From Alphaproteobacteria bacterium (GTDB lineage: Bacteria > Pseudomonadota > Alphaproteobacteria > Bin95), in the NCBI GenBank assembly GCA_965660545.1, contig CBFIAF010000020.1, positions 97 to 64,096 of the forward strand: a stretch of 64,000 nt of DNA, written 5' to 3'. Each line of letters opens with the position of its first letter. The first letter of the stretch is position 1. Under the pieces are notes generated by a model. The model had not been told where the DNA came from. It did not search any database and worked only from the letters and a program-made list of their open reading frames with translations. This document shows positions 17,530 to 29,950 of the stretch, one piece after another. The position numbers and the translations under genes are program-made.

Positions 17530-17946
17530 ATGACCGACGCAGACACCAAAATGTCCCGCGAATTACTAGAGCATACGACTGAGATTGTCTCATCTCATGT
17601 CGCCAATAACCCAGTGCCAGTAAGTGATCTTCCAGAATTAATTCGTCAAGTCTATACAACATTGGCATCTTTAGACGCTGATAGCGCACCTCAAGCAGAA
17701 AAACCGCAACCTGCTGTTCCGATCAAAAAGTCTATTACCCCAGATTATTTGATTTGCTTGGAAGATGGAAAAAAGCTGAAGATGCTGAAGCGTCACTTAA
17801 AGACAGCTTACGAAATGTCTCCGGAAGATTATCGCGAAAAGTGGTCTCTTCCCCACGATTACCCAATGGTCGCCCCGAACTATGCTGCACAGCGTAGCAC
17901 ACTCGCGAAGAAAATTGGCCTCGGGACCCGCGCACGCCGCCGCTGA
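17530..17946 (+). CDS. mucR: MucR/Ros-family zinc-finger transcriptional regulator
   Basis: 138 aa. ITPDYLICLEDGKKLKMLKRHLKTAY..SPEDYREKWSLPHDYPMVAPNYAAQRS is the conserved Ros/MucR core. Confidence 0.9.
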   Translation: MTDADTKMSRELLEHTTEIVSSHVANNPVPVSDLPELIRQVYTTLASLDADSAPQAEKPQPAVPIKKSITPDYLICLEDGKKLKMLKRHLKTAYEMSPEDYREKWSLPHDYPMVAPNYAAQRSTLAKKIGLGTRARRR

Positions 17947-17992
17947 TATAGCGGAAAGCCAGGCCGGATACGTTCCGGCCCGCAGCGACATC

Positions 17993-18020
17993 AAAACCCC
18001 GCCTTTGTGCGGGTTTTTTT
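17993..18020 (+). terminator. Rho-independent terminator downstream of mucR
   Basis: CCCGC (17998-18002), a 6-nt loop, then GCGGG (18009-18013), followed by T7 (18014-20). A second 7-bp hairpin, GGCCGGA/TCCGGCC, lies at 17962-17980. Confidence 0.7.
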
Positions 18021-18234
18021 GTGCCCTCATCCTCCAGATATCCCCAAGTAGGGCCACTAAAACTCTTAGGTCGAGCCGAAGTCACCCCCACACCCACGTC
18101 CAATGCGTCGCATCCAGCCCTATCGTGCGAGGAACTGACACGTGGTAAGCTCTGATCATCAAAATGCAATTCGTCCGGCGATAAGGCCGACCAAAGCCTG
18201 GCCGTCCGATGATGCGACAGAGGTAGAACAGCCC

Positions 18235-19191
18235 ATGCGGATTGCGCTGAAGCGCGCCTTAGCAAAGAGACGGCCCTGGAAACGGGTGCGCCCGCCACGC
18301 AGGCTTCTTGGCGCTCGCAAGCCGTTTCCGTTTGTGCGCGCACTACGACGTGGGCCGGCTCCCGCCCGCCTTGGCGAATTGCACTTGGTCGCCCGAACAC
18401 TTGAAGTGCGCCTTGCCAAAACTGATACTGAAATCAGGGCGGCACAGCGCCTGCGCTATGAGGTTTTCTACGAAGAACTCTCCGCCAAGCCTTCCCCGGA
18501 GGTTGAGGCTGCCCGGCTGGACTTTGACCGCTATGATCAATTTTGTGATCATCTGATCGTGCTAGACCATGGTGGCCCCGTTACGAACCGTGTTGTTGGG
18601 GTGTATCGCCTGTTGCGCCGCGATGTAGCCGCAAAAGCTGGCCAATTCTACACCCAGGACGAGTTCCGTATCCGCAAGCTGCTGCGCGGTGGGCGCCAGG
18701 TGCTTGAACTTGGCCGATCCTGCGTCCATCCAGATTTTCGCAGCGCAGGCGTGATGAACCTAATGTGGCGAGCGTTAGCGCATTATATTGCCATGCATGA
18801 CGTCAAGATCATGTTTGGCTGCGCGTCATTCCTTGGCGCAGACCCAAAAAAGCATGCGATGGCGCTGAGCTACCTGCATAAAGTGCACCTGGCCCCGCCC
18901 CAATTACGCCCCAAAGCGATCCGTAAGCGCTATGTCCGCATGGACCTATTGCCCGATGGCGAAATTGACGAAAAGGAAGCGCAGAACGCCTTGCCGCCGC
19001 TGCTCCGGGGATATCTTCGCCTCGGTGCCACGATCGGCGATGGTGCCGTGATTGATGAACAGTTTGACACTGTCGATGTCTGCGTCGTCGTCCGCACGGA
19101 CCAATTAGCTGCTGATTACGCGAAGCGTTACCAAAGTGTGAGAGAGCGCACAGGTGCCGGTGATGCGGCTGGAGCCGACCTCGGCGCATGA
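18235..19191 (+). CDS. olsB: GNAT-fold lipid N-acyltransferase, OlsB-like (ornithine lipid synthesis)
   Basis: LEVRLAKTDTEIRAAQRLRYEVFYEELSA...VVGVYRLL...ELGRSCVHPDFR resembles OlsB/hemolysin-like acyltransferases. The N-terminus is basic. The start is set at ATG 18235 (track start 18142 is not ATG-supported). Confidence 0.7.
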   Translation: MRIALKRALAKRRPWKRVRPPRRLLGARKPFPFVRALRRGPAPARLGELHLVARTLEVRLAKTDTEIRAAQRLRYEVFYEELSAKPSPEVEAARLDFDRYDQFCDHLIVLDHGGPVTNRVVGVYRLLRRDVAAKAGQFYTQDEFRIRKLLRGGRQVLELGRSCVHPDFRSAGVMNLMWRALAHYIAMHDVKIMFGCASFLGADPKKHAMALSYLHKVHLAPPQLRPKAIRKRYVRMDLLPDGEIDEKEAQNALPPLLRGYLRLGATIGDGAVIDEQFDTVDVCVVVRTDQLAADYAKRYQSVRERTGAGDAAGADLGA

Positions 19192-20033
19192 TGCCAGTTC
19201 TTCGCATGATGGCCCTGATCGGCTGGATATTGCTATTGGCACCCGTTCAAGCCGGAGCCTTGCTGCTGAATCTTAAGGCTGCCAACCGCATACCGCGCCG
19301 CTTCCATTGCGGCGTCACGCGTATCTTCGGCATTCAGATTGAAACAACAGGCCATATGAGCGAAGTTTACCCAACGCTCTTTGTATCTAACCACATATCA
19401 TACCTAGATATTTTTGTGTTTGGTGCCGTGATTGAAGGCTCATTCGTTGCGAAGTCTGATATTGCGAACTGGCCCATCGCAGGCTGGCTGGCAAAGATGC
19501 AGCGGACGATATTCGTAGAACGCGAGCAGCGCATAAAAATCGGTGCCCAGCGCACGCGCGTGCAGGAACGCTTTGAAATTGGTGGCAATGTCATTCTGTT
19601 TCCGGAAGGCACCAGCTATGACGGTGCCAGGGTTTTGAACTTCAAAAGCGCACTCTTTTCGGTCGCTCAAAATCAAGTAAACGGCCGTGCCATTACCGTT
19701 CAACCGGTTTCGATTGCCTACACGGAAATGGATGGCCTGCCGCTAACCCGCGCACAACGCCCGCTGGTCGCATGGTATGGAGACATGGCGCTGCTCCCGC
19801 ATATTTGGTCTTTCCTGAAAGCGCAGCGCACGAAGGTTGAAATCCAGTTCCATGAGCCTGTCAGTATCGATGATTATGCAAATCGCCGGGCAATGGCCAG
19901 CGCTTGCCAGGATATAGTTTCCGCCGGTGTCACTGCTATGGTGACGGGGCGGGCCGTTCCCGAACCCGCACTTCCATCGTCAGACGCACAAATAGCGCTG
20001 CCAGCAGCTCAAAATGAGGCCGCTGGAACTTGA
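19188..20033 (+). CDS. olsA: Lysophospholipid acyltransferase (PlsC family), OlsA-like
   Basis: Acyltransferase blocks VSNHISYLD and FPEGTS, with an N-terminal TM helix. It overlaps the olsB stop by 4 nt. Confidence 0.7.
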   Translation: MMPVLRMMALIGWILLLAPVQAGALLLNLKAANRIPRRFHCGVTRIFGIQIETTGHMSEVYPTLFVSNHISYLDIFVFGAVIEGSFVAKSDIANWPIAGWLAKMQRTIFVEREQRIKIGAQRTRVQERFEIGGNVILFPEGTSYDGARVLNFKSALFSVAQNQVNGRAITVQPVSIAYTEMDGLPLTRAQRPLVAWYGDMALLPHIWSFLKAQRTKVEIQFHEPVSIDDYANRRAMASACQDIVSAGVTAMVTGRAVPEPALPSSDAQIALPAAQNEAAGT

Positions 20034-20087
20034 CAGGACGCTGGCGAATTCTACTGTCCGCCTGAACTTTTAGAGGTAACAGATCCC

Positions 20088-21461
20088 TTGGCGCGCAAGC
20101 TCTTTATCAAGACCTACGGATGCCAGATGAACGTGTACGATTCCGCCCGCATGGCAGACGTGCTCGCCCCCATCGGCTTTGAACGCACAGAAACAGCAGA
20201 AGACGCTGATCTTGTCGTCCTCAATACATGCCATATCCGCGCAAGGGCGGCCGAGAAGGTCTATTCCGAAATCGGACGCCTCCGCCTGATGCGTGAAGCC
20301 CGGCGGGAGTCCGGTGACGATGATATGCTTATCGCGGTCGCTGGATGCGTCGCCCAAGCAGAAGGTGATGAAGTTCGCCGTCGGGCTCCGTCTGTCGACA
20401 TTGTTGTTGGCCCGCAAGCCTATCACCGCCTTGGCGCCATGGTCCGTCGTATCCTGGCAGACAGGGGGGAGCGTATCGTCGATACGGATTTCCCGGCTGA
20501 AACCAAATTTGACACCCTGCCAGAACAGTCTGCGCCCCAGGGGGCTTCGGCATTCCTGACGATCCAGGAAGGCTGCGATAAGTTCTGCACGTTCTGTGTC
20601 GTGCCTTATACGCGCGGTGCTGAATATTCTCGGGCTGTTAGCGATATCCGGAACGAAGCGATCAAACTCGTTGGCCAGGGCGCGCAAGAGATTACGCTGC
20701 TTGGCCAGAACGTTAACGCCTATCACGGTGTTGACGACCACGATGAAACTTGGACGTTGGCAGAGCTGATCCGGGAGCTTGCGAAGATTGATGGCCTGGA
20801 ACGCATCCGCTTCACGACCTCCCATCCGCGCGACATGGATGATGACTTAATCGCCGCTCATGGCGACACGCCAAAGCTAATGCCTTACTTGCATCTCCCA
20901 GTGCAATCCGGGTCTGACCGCATTCTGAAGCGCATGAACCGTGGCCATGGGCGTGAGGCTTATTTCCGCATTGTTGAGCGCCTCCGTGCAGTTCGGCCTG
21001 ATTTGGCACTATCGTCAGATTTTATCGTTGGGTTTCCGGGCGAGACAGACCAGGATTTTGAAGACACGCTTGACCTCATCAGGCGAGTCAATTTTGCCCA
21101 GGCCTATTCGTTCAAATACAGCGCACGCCCCGGCACCCCTGCTGCGGAACACCAAGACCAAGTGCCCGAAGTCGTTAAAAGTGAGCGTTTGCAACGGCTC
21201 CAAGCGCTTCTGAACGAACAGCAACTCGCCTTCAATGAAGCAATGGCGGACCGTGTTGTGCCGGTGCTATTTGACCGCCGCGGCAAGAAGCCTGGCCAAC
21301 TTGTTGGCCGCTCACCCTGGCTGCAGGCAACTCATATTGATTTGGACCCCGTCCGCGCCGACGCGTTGTTTGGCGCGGTATCCGATGTCCGAGTCGCCCG
21401 CGGTGCCCCTAACGGATTGGTAGGCTCATTGGCTGACCCGAAACAGGAGAGTGCGGCTTGA
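20088..21461 (+). CDS. miaB: tRNA-2-methylthio-N6-dimethylallyladenosine synthase
   Basis: Begins [16 protein letters not shown] and carries the radical-SAM cluster motif [15 protein letters not shown] and a TRAM C-terminus. TTG start. Confidence 0.93.
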   Translation: MARKLFIKTYGCQMNVYDSARMADVLAPIGFERTETAEDADLVVLNTCHIRARAAEKVYSEIGRLRLMREARRESGDDDMLIAVAGCVAQAEGDEVRRRAPSVDIVVGPQAYHRLGAMVRRILADRGERIVDTDFPAETKFDTLPEQSAPQGASAFLTIQEGCDKFCTFCVVPYTRGAEYSRAVSDIRNEAIKLVGQGAQEITLLGQNVNAYHGVDDHDETWTLAELIRELAKIDGLERIRFTTSHPRDMDDDLIAAHGDTPKLMPYLHLPVQSGSDRILKRMNRGHGREAYFRIVERLRAVRPDLALSSDFIVGFPGETDQDFEDTLDLIRRVNFAQAYSFKYSARPGTPAAEHQDQVPEVVKSERLQRLQALLNEQQLAFNEAMADRVVPVLFDRRGKKPGQLVGRSPWLQATHIDLDPVRADALFGAVSDVRVARGAPNGLVGSLADPKQESAA

Positions 21462-22426
21462 ACGCTGATGATCGCGATGACGCCCGCGCGGAAGTCTCCT
21501 TTCTGGATGAAGCACCGCTGCCTACACTTTTCGGTGCCTATGACCGTCACCTCGCCCGGCTAGAACGGGAACTTGGCGTCAATCTGGCGTCGCGCGGCGG
21601 GCAGGTCGCGATTACTGGACCCTCGGATGCGGTCGCGGCGGCAGAGACAGCTATCAATCAGCTTTACGCCGAAGCAAAGTCCGGCAGCGCACTGAATGAT
21701 GACCGCATTGCAGCCGTCGCTCGCGCCTCCAGACTTGGCCCGAGTGACGCTGAAGGCCAACCAATCGATACCTATAAGCGCCCCATCCGACCTCGCGCAG
21801 GTGCCCAAACGCGCTATGTTGAAACGCTTCGAAAATCAAAATTGACTTTCTCAATCGGTCCAGCCGGCACGGGGAAAACCTTCCTCGCCGTCGCTGTCGC
21901 CGTGGAAATGATGAAGCGGCGACAGGTTGAGCGTATCATCCTATCCCGCCCAGCCGTCGAAGCCGGTGAACGCTTAGGCTTCTTGCCCGGCGACTTGAAT
22001 GAGAAGGTCGACCCCTACCTCCGTCCACTCAAAGACGCACTCGGCGTAATGATGCCGGGAGACATGATGCAGCGAAAGCTGGCGAATGAGGAAATTGAAG
22101 CGGCACCCCTGGCATTTATGCGCGGGCGTACACTCTCCAACGCCTTTATTATCTTGGACGAAGCGCAGAACACGACGCCAATGCAAATGAAAATGGCGCT
22201 GACCCGTATTGGCGAGGGTAGCCATATGGTCGTGAACGGCGACCCCAGCCAGACGGACCTGCCACGTGGCCAGAAATCTGGCTTAAACGACGCACTTGAA
22301 GTGCTGAAAGATGTCCCTGACGTCGCTGTCACACGCTTTTATGCAGGGGATGTCGTTCGCGAAGAACTTGTCGCCAAAATCGTCGCAGCCTATAATGCAC
22401 GGTCAAAGTCCTCTAGCCATGACTGA
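21458..22426 (+). CDS. ybeZ: PhoH-like ATPase
   Basis: Walker [13 protein letters not shown], and ILDEAQNTT. It overlaps the miaB stop by 4 nt, in the conserved miaB-ybeZ-ybeY-corC-lnt order. Confidence 0.9.
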   Translation: MNADDRDDARAEVSFLDEAPLPTLFGAYDRHLARLERELGVNLASRGGQVAITGPSDAVAAAETAINQLYAEAKSGSALNDDRIAAVARASRLGPSDAEGQPIDTYKRPIRPRAGAQTRYVETLRKSKLTFSIGPAGTGKTFLAVAVAVEMMKRRQVERIILSRPAVEAGERLGFLPGDLNEKVDPYLRPLKDALGVMMPGDMMQRKLANEEIEAAPLAFMRGRTLSNAFIILDEAQNTTPMQMKMALTRIGEGSHMVVNGDPSQTDLPRGQKSGLNDALEVLKDVPDVAVTRFYAGDVVREELVAKIVAAYNARSKSSSHD

Positions 22427-22940
22427 CGAGGCGCCAACTGATGAGCCGGATTGTCCGCAGGACATTATCCTGGAAAATGACGCTTGGCGGATTGCACCCT
22501 TCCTCCAAGACGAAGCAAAAACTGCAGTTAACGAAGCATTGAAGGCTGCACTGGCAGAGGCCAAACTTCCGCAAAATACAGCACTCACCGTCCTATTGGC
22601 CGACGATGCGGCCTTGCAGCGCCTGAATGCAGATCATCGTGAGCAGGACAAGCCCACAAATGTGCTATCATTTCCAGCTGTAGGCCCAGGCGAGACGCCC
22701 ATTGACGGGCATTATGGCGATATCGCAATCGCCCTAGAAACCGTTTTATCGGAAGCCCGTGAAGCTCAAGTATCACCTGCCAACCACCTGGCCCATATGG
22801 TGGTTCACGGCGTGTTACACTTGGCGGGATATGATCATAACCAAGATGATGAAGCAGAAATTATGGAGGCGATGGAAGTGCGGGCGCTAGAGCGGATCGG
22901 AATTCCAGATCCTTATGCGGACAGTGAGTTGGCGTTTTGA
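22419..22940 (+). CDS. ybeY: rRNA maturation endoribonuclease YbeY
   Basis: HMVVHGVLHLAGYDH is the zinc-binding motif. The ATG at 22419 overlaps the ybeZ stop; the longer track ORF start is not supported. Confidence 0.9.
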   Translation: MTDEAPTDEPDCPQDIILENDAWRIAPFLQDEAKTAVNEALKAALAEAKLPQNTALTVLLADDAALQRLNADHREQDKPTNVLSFPAVGPGETPIDGHYGDIAIALETVLSEAREAQVSPANHLAHMVVHGVLHLAGYDHNQDDEAEIMEAMEVRALERIGIPDPYADSELAF

Positions 22941-23845
22941 GTAACGATACAGATAACGGCACCAGTCGCCCTAGCTTGTGGAACCGCCTCATTCGGCGAA
23001 GCGGCGAGACAGACCTCCGAACTACCCTCGCCGAGCTTGTTGAGCGTGAAAATACGGACACACCGACAATTTCTGACGCCGAACGTCAAATCATCGAAAA
23101 TGCGATCAGCCTGAACGAATTGACAGTCGCTGATGTCATGGCGCCCCGTGCTGACATTGACGGCGTCGACGTGGCAGATGGTGTTAAAGGTGCCGTTCAT
23201 AAGGCCAGCCAAACCTACCATTCCCGCCTGCCAGTCTTCCGCGGCGGGCTGGACGACACCCTCGGCATGATCCACGTAAAGGATCTGATGGTAGCGATGA
23301 CAGGCGATCCACCTGTTACAGAACTTGAGCCGCTGCTGCGCGATGTTCTCTTTGTCGTGCCATCTATGCGGGTGATTGATTTGCTGCTGCAAATGCAGGT
23401 CAGCCGCACCCACATGGCCATCGTCATAGATGAATATGGCGGCGTTGACGGCCTTGTTACGGTGGAAGACGTTGTCGAGGAAATTATCGGCGAGATGCGG
23501 GACGAGCATGATGCCGAGGCCACGCTGGAAATGGTCGACGAACCCGGCGGCACCATCATCGCAGACGCCCGCGCCAGCTTGGAAGATTTTGAGGAGCGTG
23601 TAGGCTTCATCTTGACCGAAGATGAGCGCGAAGAAATCGATACCGTTGGCGGCCTTGCGGTTACACTTATTGGCCGCGTGCCAACCCGTGGCGAAATTAT
23701 TGGCCATCCTTCTGGCGTAGAGTTTGAAGTTCTTGAAGGCGACCCTCGGCGCGTGCGCAGCCTCCGCATCCGAAATTTGCCTGAAAATTACGGAGATGAC
23801 TCTGAAGAATCCGCCGAGTATATCGATGAAGCAAACAAGGCCTAG
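22937..23845 (+). CDS. corC: CBS-pair/CorC-HlyC domain protein (CorC/TlyC family)
   Basis: 302 aa with two CBS repeats (VADVMAPR..., VIDLLLQMQ..THMAIVIDEYGG) and a C-terminal CorC_HlyC domain. It sits at the conserved operon position. Confidence 0.82.
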   Translation: MSNDTDNGTSRPSLWNRLIRRSGETDLRTTLAELVERENTDTPTISDAERQIIENAISLNELTVADVMAPRADIDGVDVADGVKGAVHKASQTYHSRLPVFRGGLDDTLGMIHVKDLMVAMTGDPPVTELEPLLRDVLFVVPSMRVIDLLLQMQVSRTHMAIVIDEYGGVDGLVTVEDVVEEIIGEMRDEHDAEATLEMVDEPGGTIIADARASLEDFEERVGFILTEDEREEIDTVGGLAVTLIGRVPTRGEIIGHPSGVEFEVLEGDPRRVRSLRIRNLPENYGDDSEESAEYIDEANKA

Positions 23846-23848
23846 CAG

Positions 23849-25399
23849 ATGCAGGCGATACTAAAGGCACCGGCATGGCTGCGAGACAGCCTGCTTGCCC
23901 TGATCGCTGGCCAAGCGGTTGCCTACTCATTTCCGCCATCACCGAACCCATACGGGATACTTCTGGGCCTTGCAGCAGTTACGTTCTATTTGGATGCGCG
24001 CTCTCCTGCGCGGGTATTTGGGATAGGCTGGCTGTTTGGCATTTCCTGGCACTTCGGCGCACTTAATTGGATTTCTCAAGCGTTTCTGGTGCCGATGCCG
24101 GGCATGGGTGCCTTTTCCTTATTGCCTGTCCTGGTGCTTGCCGGCGCGTTCGCTCTCTACATTGCACTGGCATTTTATCTGTGGCGGCGCTTTTGGCCGG
24201 GCGCAGATAAGCCTTCCGTTGCAGTACGGCTTGGGCTGGCAGGCGTTCTCAGCATCTCAGAATATGCGTATGGCCACCTATTCACAGGCTTTGCCTGGGA
24301 CCTAACGGCGCTGGCCTTCGTTGAAACCAGTCTGATCAATGTGGGGTCTGTTTTCGGAGTGTATGGCGTTGGTTTATTGGCGCTAGCTAGCGCTCTCGCC
24401 GCTTCAGGAGCCGTCCGCCGATGGACCATTCAGAAGCGCCTACCAAAGTGCGATGCAGCACTTGTCGCTGGCTCTGTCGCCTTCTTAGCCACTGGATTCC
24501 TCTATACGCAGTCGCCGTCAGAACCCGCAGCACCGGAAGCTGATGCCCTCATTGTTCGCATTGTTCAAGGGAACACACCGCAGCGCATAAAGTGGAAGCC
24601 AGAAAACCGCAGGATCATCTTCAATCGGCATGTTGCATTGTCCAGCAAAGAGAGTGCGCCAAAGCCAGACCTAATCGTTTGGCCAGAAACCGCGACACCG
24701 TTCAATGTCGCCGAAAGCGAAAAAGCGCTTGAGATCATCGGTGGATTGCTAGCCGAGAATGGTTTCGCAGTCATCGGAACGCCCATCCGCACACTATCAG
24801 CGGATCGCGAATACGATTATGCGAATGGCCTGCTCGCTATTGATAGCACAGGCAAGATCGCTGCCCGGTATGATAAACACCATCTGGTGCCATTCGGTGA
24901 ATTCATGCCGCTGGAGGCCTATCTGCCATTTGGTCGGCTTGTGCCAGGGCGAGGCTCGTTCACAGCCGGCCCAGGACCACTAACGATGAAACTTGGAAGC
25001 CTACCGAGTTTCAGCCCGCTGATTTGTTATGAGGTGATTTTCCCAGGCGCGGTCACTGGAGCAAGCCGCCCGGCCTTCCTTCTGAACATCACCAATGACG
25101 CATGGTATGGACAGAGCGCCGGTCCACATCAGCATCTGGCAATAACCCAGATGCGTGCAATTGAAGAAGGATTGCCGCTCGTTCGCGTTGCAAATACTGG
25201 AATTAGCGCTGTATATGATGCCTACGGCGTTGAGATCGCGCGCATTCCGCTGGAGCGAGCAGCCGCAATAGATGTCCGCCTGCCAGCGCCCAATCCGCCG
25301 ACCCTCTACGCCCTGTTTGGCGATGTGCTATACGGCCTGCTATTGGTTTTTGCATTGGCGTTAGGCCTTCTTTTCCGCCAGGAGGAATTGACCGAATGA
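23849..25399 (+). CDS. lnt: Apolipoprotein N-acyltransferase
   Basis: 516 aa. A multi-TM N-terminal half is followed by a CN-hydrolase domain (VWPE, KHHLVPFGE, ICYE..F). Confidence 0.9.
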   Translation: MQAILKAPAWLRDSLLALIAGQAVAYSFPPSPNPYGILLGLAAVTFYLDARSPARVFGIGWLFGISWHFGALNWISQAFLVPMPGMGAFSLLPVLVLAGAFALYIALAFYLWRRFWPGADKPSVAVRLGLAGVLSISEYAYGHLFTGFAWDLTALAFVETSLINVGSVFGVYGVGLLALASALAASGAVRRWTIQKRLPKCDAALVAGSVAFLATGFLYTQSPSEPAAPEADALIVRIVQGNTPQRIKWKPENRRIIFNRHVALSSKESAPKPDLIVWPETATPFNVAESEKALEIIGGLLAENGFAVIGTPIRTLSADREYDYANGLLAIDSTGKIAARYDKHHLVPFGEFMPLEAYLPFGRLVPGRGSFTAGPGPLTMKLGSLPSFSPLICYEVIFPGAVTGASRPAFLLNITNDAWYGQSAGPHQHLAITQMRAIEEGLPLVRVANTGISAVYDAYGVEIARIPLERAAAIDVRLPAPNPPTLYALFGDVLYGLLLVFALALGLLFRQEELTE

Positions 25400-26595
25400 C
25401 GATAGATCTAATCCGCCTCCGTGCGGAAACGCCCGGCGCTCAAAACGTCTTGCATTTCAACAACGCGGGGTCGGCCCTGCCGCCAAGCGTTGTTGTGGAC
25501 GCGCAGATCAACCACCTGCAACTCGAAGCCGCTATTGGCGGATATGAGGCGGCAAACCGGGAAAGCGCACGCGTCGCGGCGGTGTATGATTCAGTAGCGC
25601 GGCTGATTAACGCCAAGCCGCAGGAAATTGCTGTAGTTGAGAACGCAACAGTCGCCTGGGATATGGCATTCTATACAATTAAATTCATACCCGGTGACCG
25701 TATCCTGACGGCAGAGGCTGAATACGCAGCCAATTATGTAGCCTATCTACAGGTCGCAAAACGCACCGGTGCTGTTGTTGAGGTCATTCCATCTGCCCCA
25801 ACCGGCGAAACGTCGCCTGATGCGTTGGCGGCAATGATGGACGATCGGGTAAAGCTCGTTTCGATCACCCATGTGCCGACCAATGGCGGACTTGTGAACC
25901 CTGCTGCGATGATCGGCCAGATCGCCAAACGTCATGGCGCGCTTTACTTGCTCGACGCCTGTCAATCTGTCGGCCAAATGCCCGTTGATGTGGCAAAAAT
26001 CCAGTGCGATATGCTCTCCGCGACAGGGCGGAAATATCTGCGGGGACCGCGTGGCGTTGGCTTCCTGTACGTCCGCGAAAGCCTGATACCCACAATGGAA
26101 CCGCCGGTCATCGACCATTTCGCTGCCAATTGGACGGGCCCCGACAGCTATGAGCTTCGTAGTGATGCCCGGCGGTTTGAAAACTGGGAAAACAACTATG
26201 CTGCTAAGCTCGGTCTTGGTGCCGCGGTGGATTACGCCATGGATATTGGCATGGATGCGATTTGGGCGCGGATACGCCTGCTAGCAGAGGATCTTCGCCG
26301 TCGCCTGCGTGAAACACATGGCATTACCGTCCATGATATTGGCCAGGAACAAGGCGGCATTGTTACCTTCTCTAGCGACTATGAAGAAAGTGCGGAAATC
26401 AAACAGCGTCTTGCTGATCAGAAGATCAATATCAGTATCTCTGGGCCAAGCAGTACGCTTCTAGATTCAATGCGCCGAAACCTGCCGCCAATCTGCCGCG
26501 CATCCGTGCATTACTACAATGACGGGGCTGAGATTGACCGGCTAATAACGGCGCTAAGAGGCATGGCTGGACGCCTGCAATCGCCTGCTGCCTGA
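25396..26595 (+). CDS. Class V aminotransferase-fold PLP enzyme (cysteine desulfurase/SufS-like fold)
   Basis: 399 aa. THVPTNGG, LLDACQSVG and SATGRKYLRGPRG (candidate PLP Lys) are present. Its ATG overlaps the lnt stop (ATGA). Confidence 0.75.
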   Translation: MTIDLIRLRAETPGAQNVLHFNNAGSALPPSVVVDAQINHLQLEAAIGGYEAANRESARVAAVYDSVARLINAKPQEIAVVENATVAWDMAFYTIKFIPGDRILTAEAEYAANYVAYLQVAKRTGAVVEVIPSAPTGETSPDALAAMMDDRVKLVSITHVPTNGGLVNPAAMIGQIAKRHGALYLLDACQSVGQMPVDVAKIQCDMLSATGRKYLRGPRGVGFLYVRESLIPTMEPPVIDHFAANWTGPDSYELRSDARRFENWENNYAAKLGLGAAVDYAMDIGMDAIWARIRLLAEDLRRRLRETHGITVHDIGQEQGGIVTFSSDYEESAEIKQRLADQKINISISGPSSTLLDSMRRNLPPICRASVHYYNDGAEIDRLITALRGMAGRLQSPAA

Positions 26596-26648
26596 AGAAT
26601 GCGCCCTGGCGCTAGCGCCATCCGGGCTCATCATCAATAGGATCAAAT

Positions 26649-27357
26649 CTAAGGGTCGACTTGCGCACCAGTCAGTGGCAGTAGGCCCTTTGAGAATCCA
26701 GGTGGGCGGTGGCGGTCAATCCAACCGGCGTGAATGTCGGCGAAACCATCCATAATCGGTGGATAGGCATTGCGCTCAAGATCTGCCGCAATGCGGTCTT
26801 GATGGGCAGCCGTTATGGCCAGCATGGCTAAGTTATAACCCGCAATCCGGTCAATCGTGGCACCTTGGGTTTGCCCATCCACATAGACCAAGGAATTGCA
26901 GAGGAGCACGGCGTCATAGACCTTATCTGCCTGGAAATCGGCGAATGACTGCGCAGGCAGAAAAGTCACCCGCGCCTGAACTTCTGATGTGATGACGACG
27001 GCCTTATCGTCCACTTGTTTGAAATAGCCTTATTCCTCAGCAAGAGCGCCCTGCAGCACGGCTGGGATATGCACACCTTACCGCATAGTTCACGATGTCC
27101 TGGGAAAGGTCTGTCGCTTCAAACTGGAAATGCAGCTCGGGGCGCTCGATCATCATCCGTATTGCAAGCGAATACGCTTCGGCTCCAATGGAGCAGGCGT
27201 GCGCCACGATCCGTTTCGGAACGTCAGCAGATGGGCGAATTTGGCAGCAAAATGCGCCAAGAAAAGCCCGGTTCCGAAAGAACGCGGTGGTTTCAATCAA
27301 CGGCCCATCGGTGGGACGTAGACGCACAGTCGCTGCAGCGGGGGAATGCTCATTCAT
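26649..27357 (-). pseudogene. CheR-type SAM-dependent methyltransferase, split by a frameshift plus a nonsense codon
   Basis: The N-terminal half reads TTAFFRNRAF..IVAHACSIGAEAYSLAI..EATDLSQDIV. The C-terminal half reads VTFLPAQSF..YDAVLCNSLVYVD. The two halves are in different frames. The N frame stops at TGA 27037-39, and the C frame carries TAA 27030-32 just upstream of its open part. Confidence 0.62.
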
Positions 27358-27417
27358 AGTCTCAATACTAAAAGGCTGTGGTTTACGCGCCGTTACTGCG
27401 CACCGACTGAGCCGCCG

Positions 27418-29871
<2,454 letters not shown>

Positions 29872-29950
29872 TTATCGTATTTCATCGGGCGCAGTGGCCG
29901 GGCTCATTCGTGAATGTGTGCTGGGCGAGTGCCCTTTGTAATATGTGTCA

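Noticed and set aside
17735-18400. 221-aa minus-strand ORF spanning the mucR 3' end, the terminator and the olsB start
   Set aside because: It crosses an intrinsic terminator and two well-supported plus-strand genes, and it has no motifs.
20070-20825. 251-aa ORF antisense to miaB
   Set aside because: It lies entirely inside a gene with unambiguous radical-SAM/MiaB motifs. It has no motifs of its own and is a typical shadow ORF of GC-rich DNA.
22913-23707. 264-aa and 184-aa ORFs antisense to corC
   Set aside because: These are shadow ORFs opposite a well-supported CBS/CorC gene, with low-complexity or unrecognisable sequence.
27037-27039. TGA ending the N-terminal half of the CheR-like gene, considered as a second selenocysteine codon
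   Set aside because: Continuing in the same frame hits TAA after 10 codons (27004-27006). The C-terminal half is in a different frame and itself has a TAA at 27030-32. The position is also not a catalytic Cys site.
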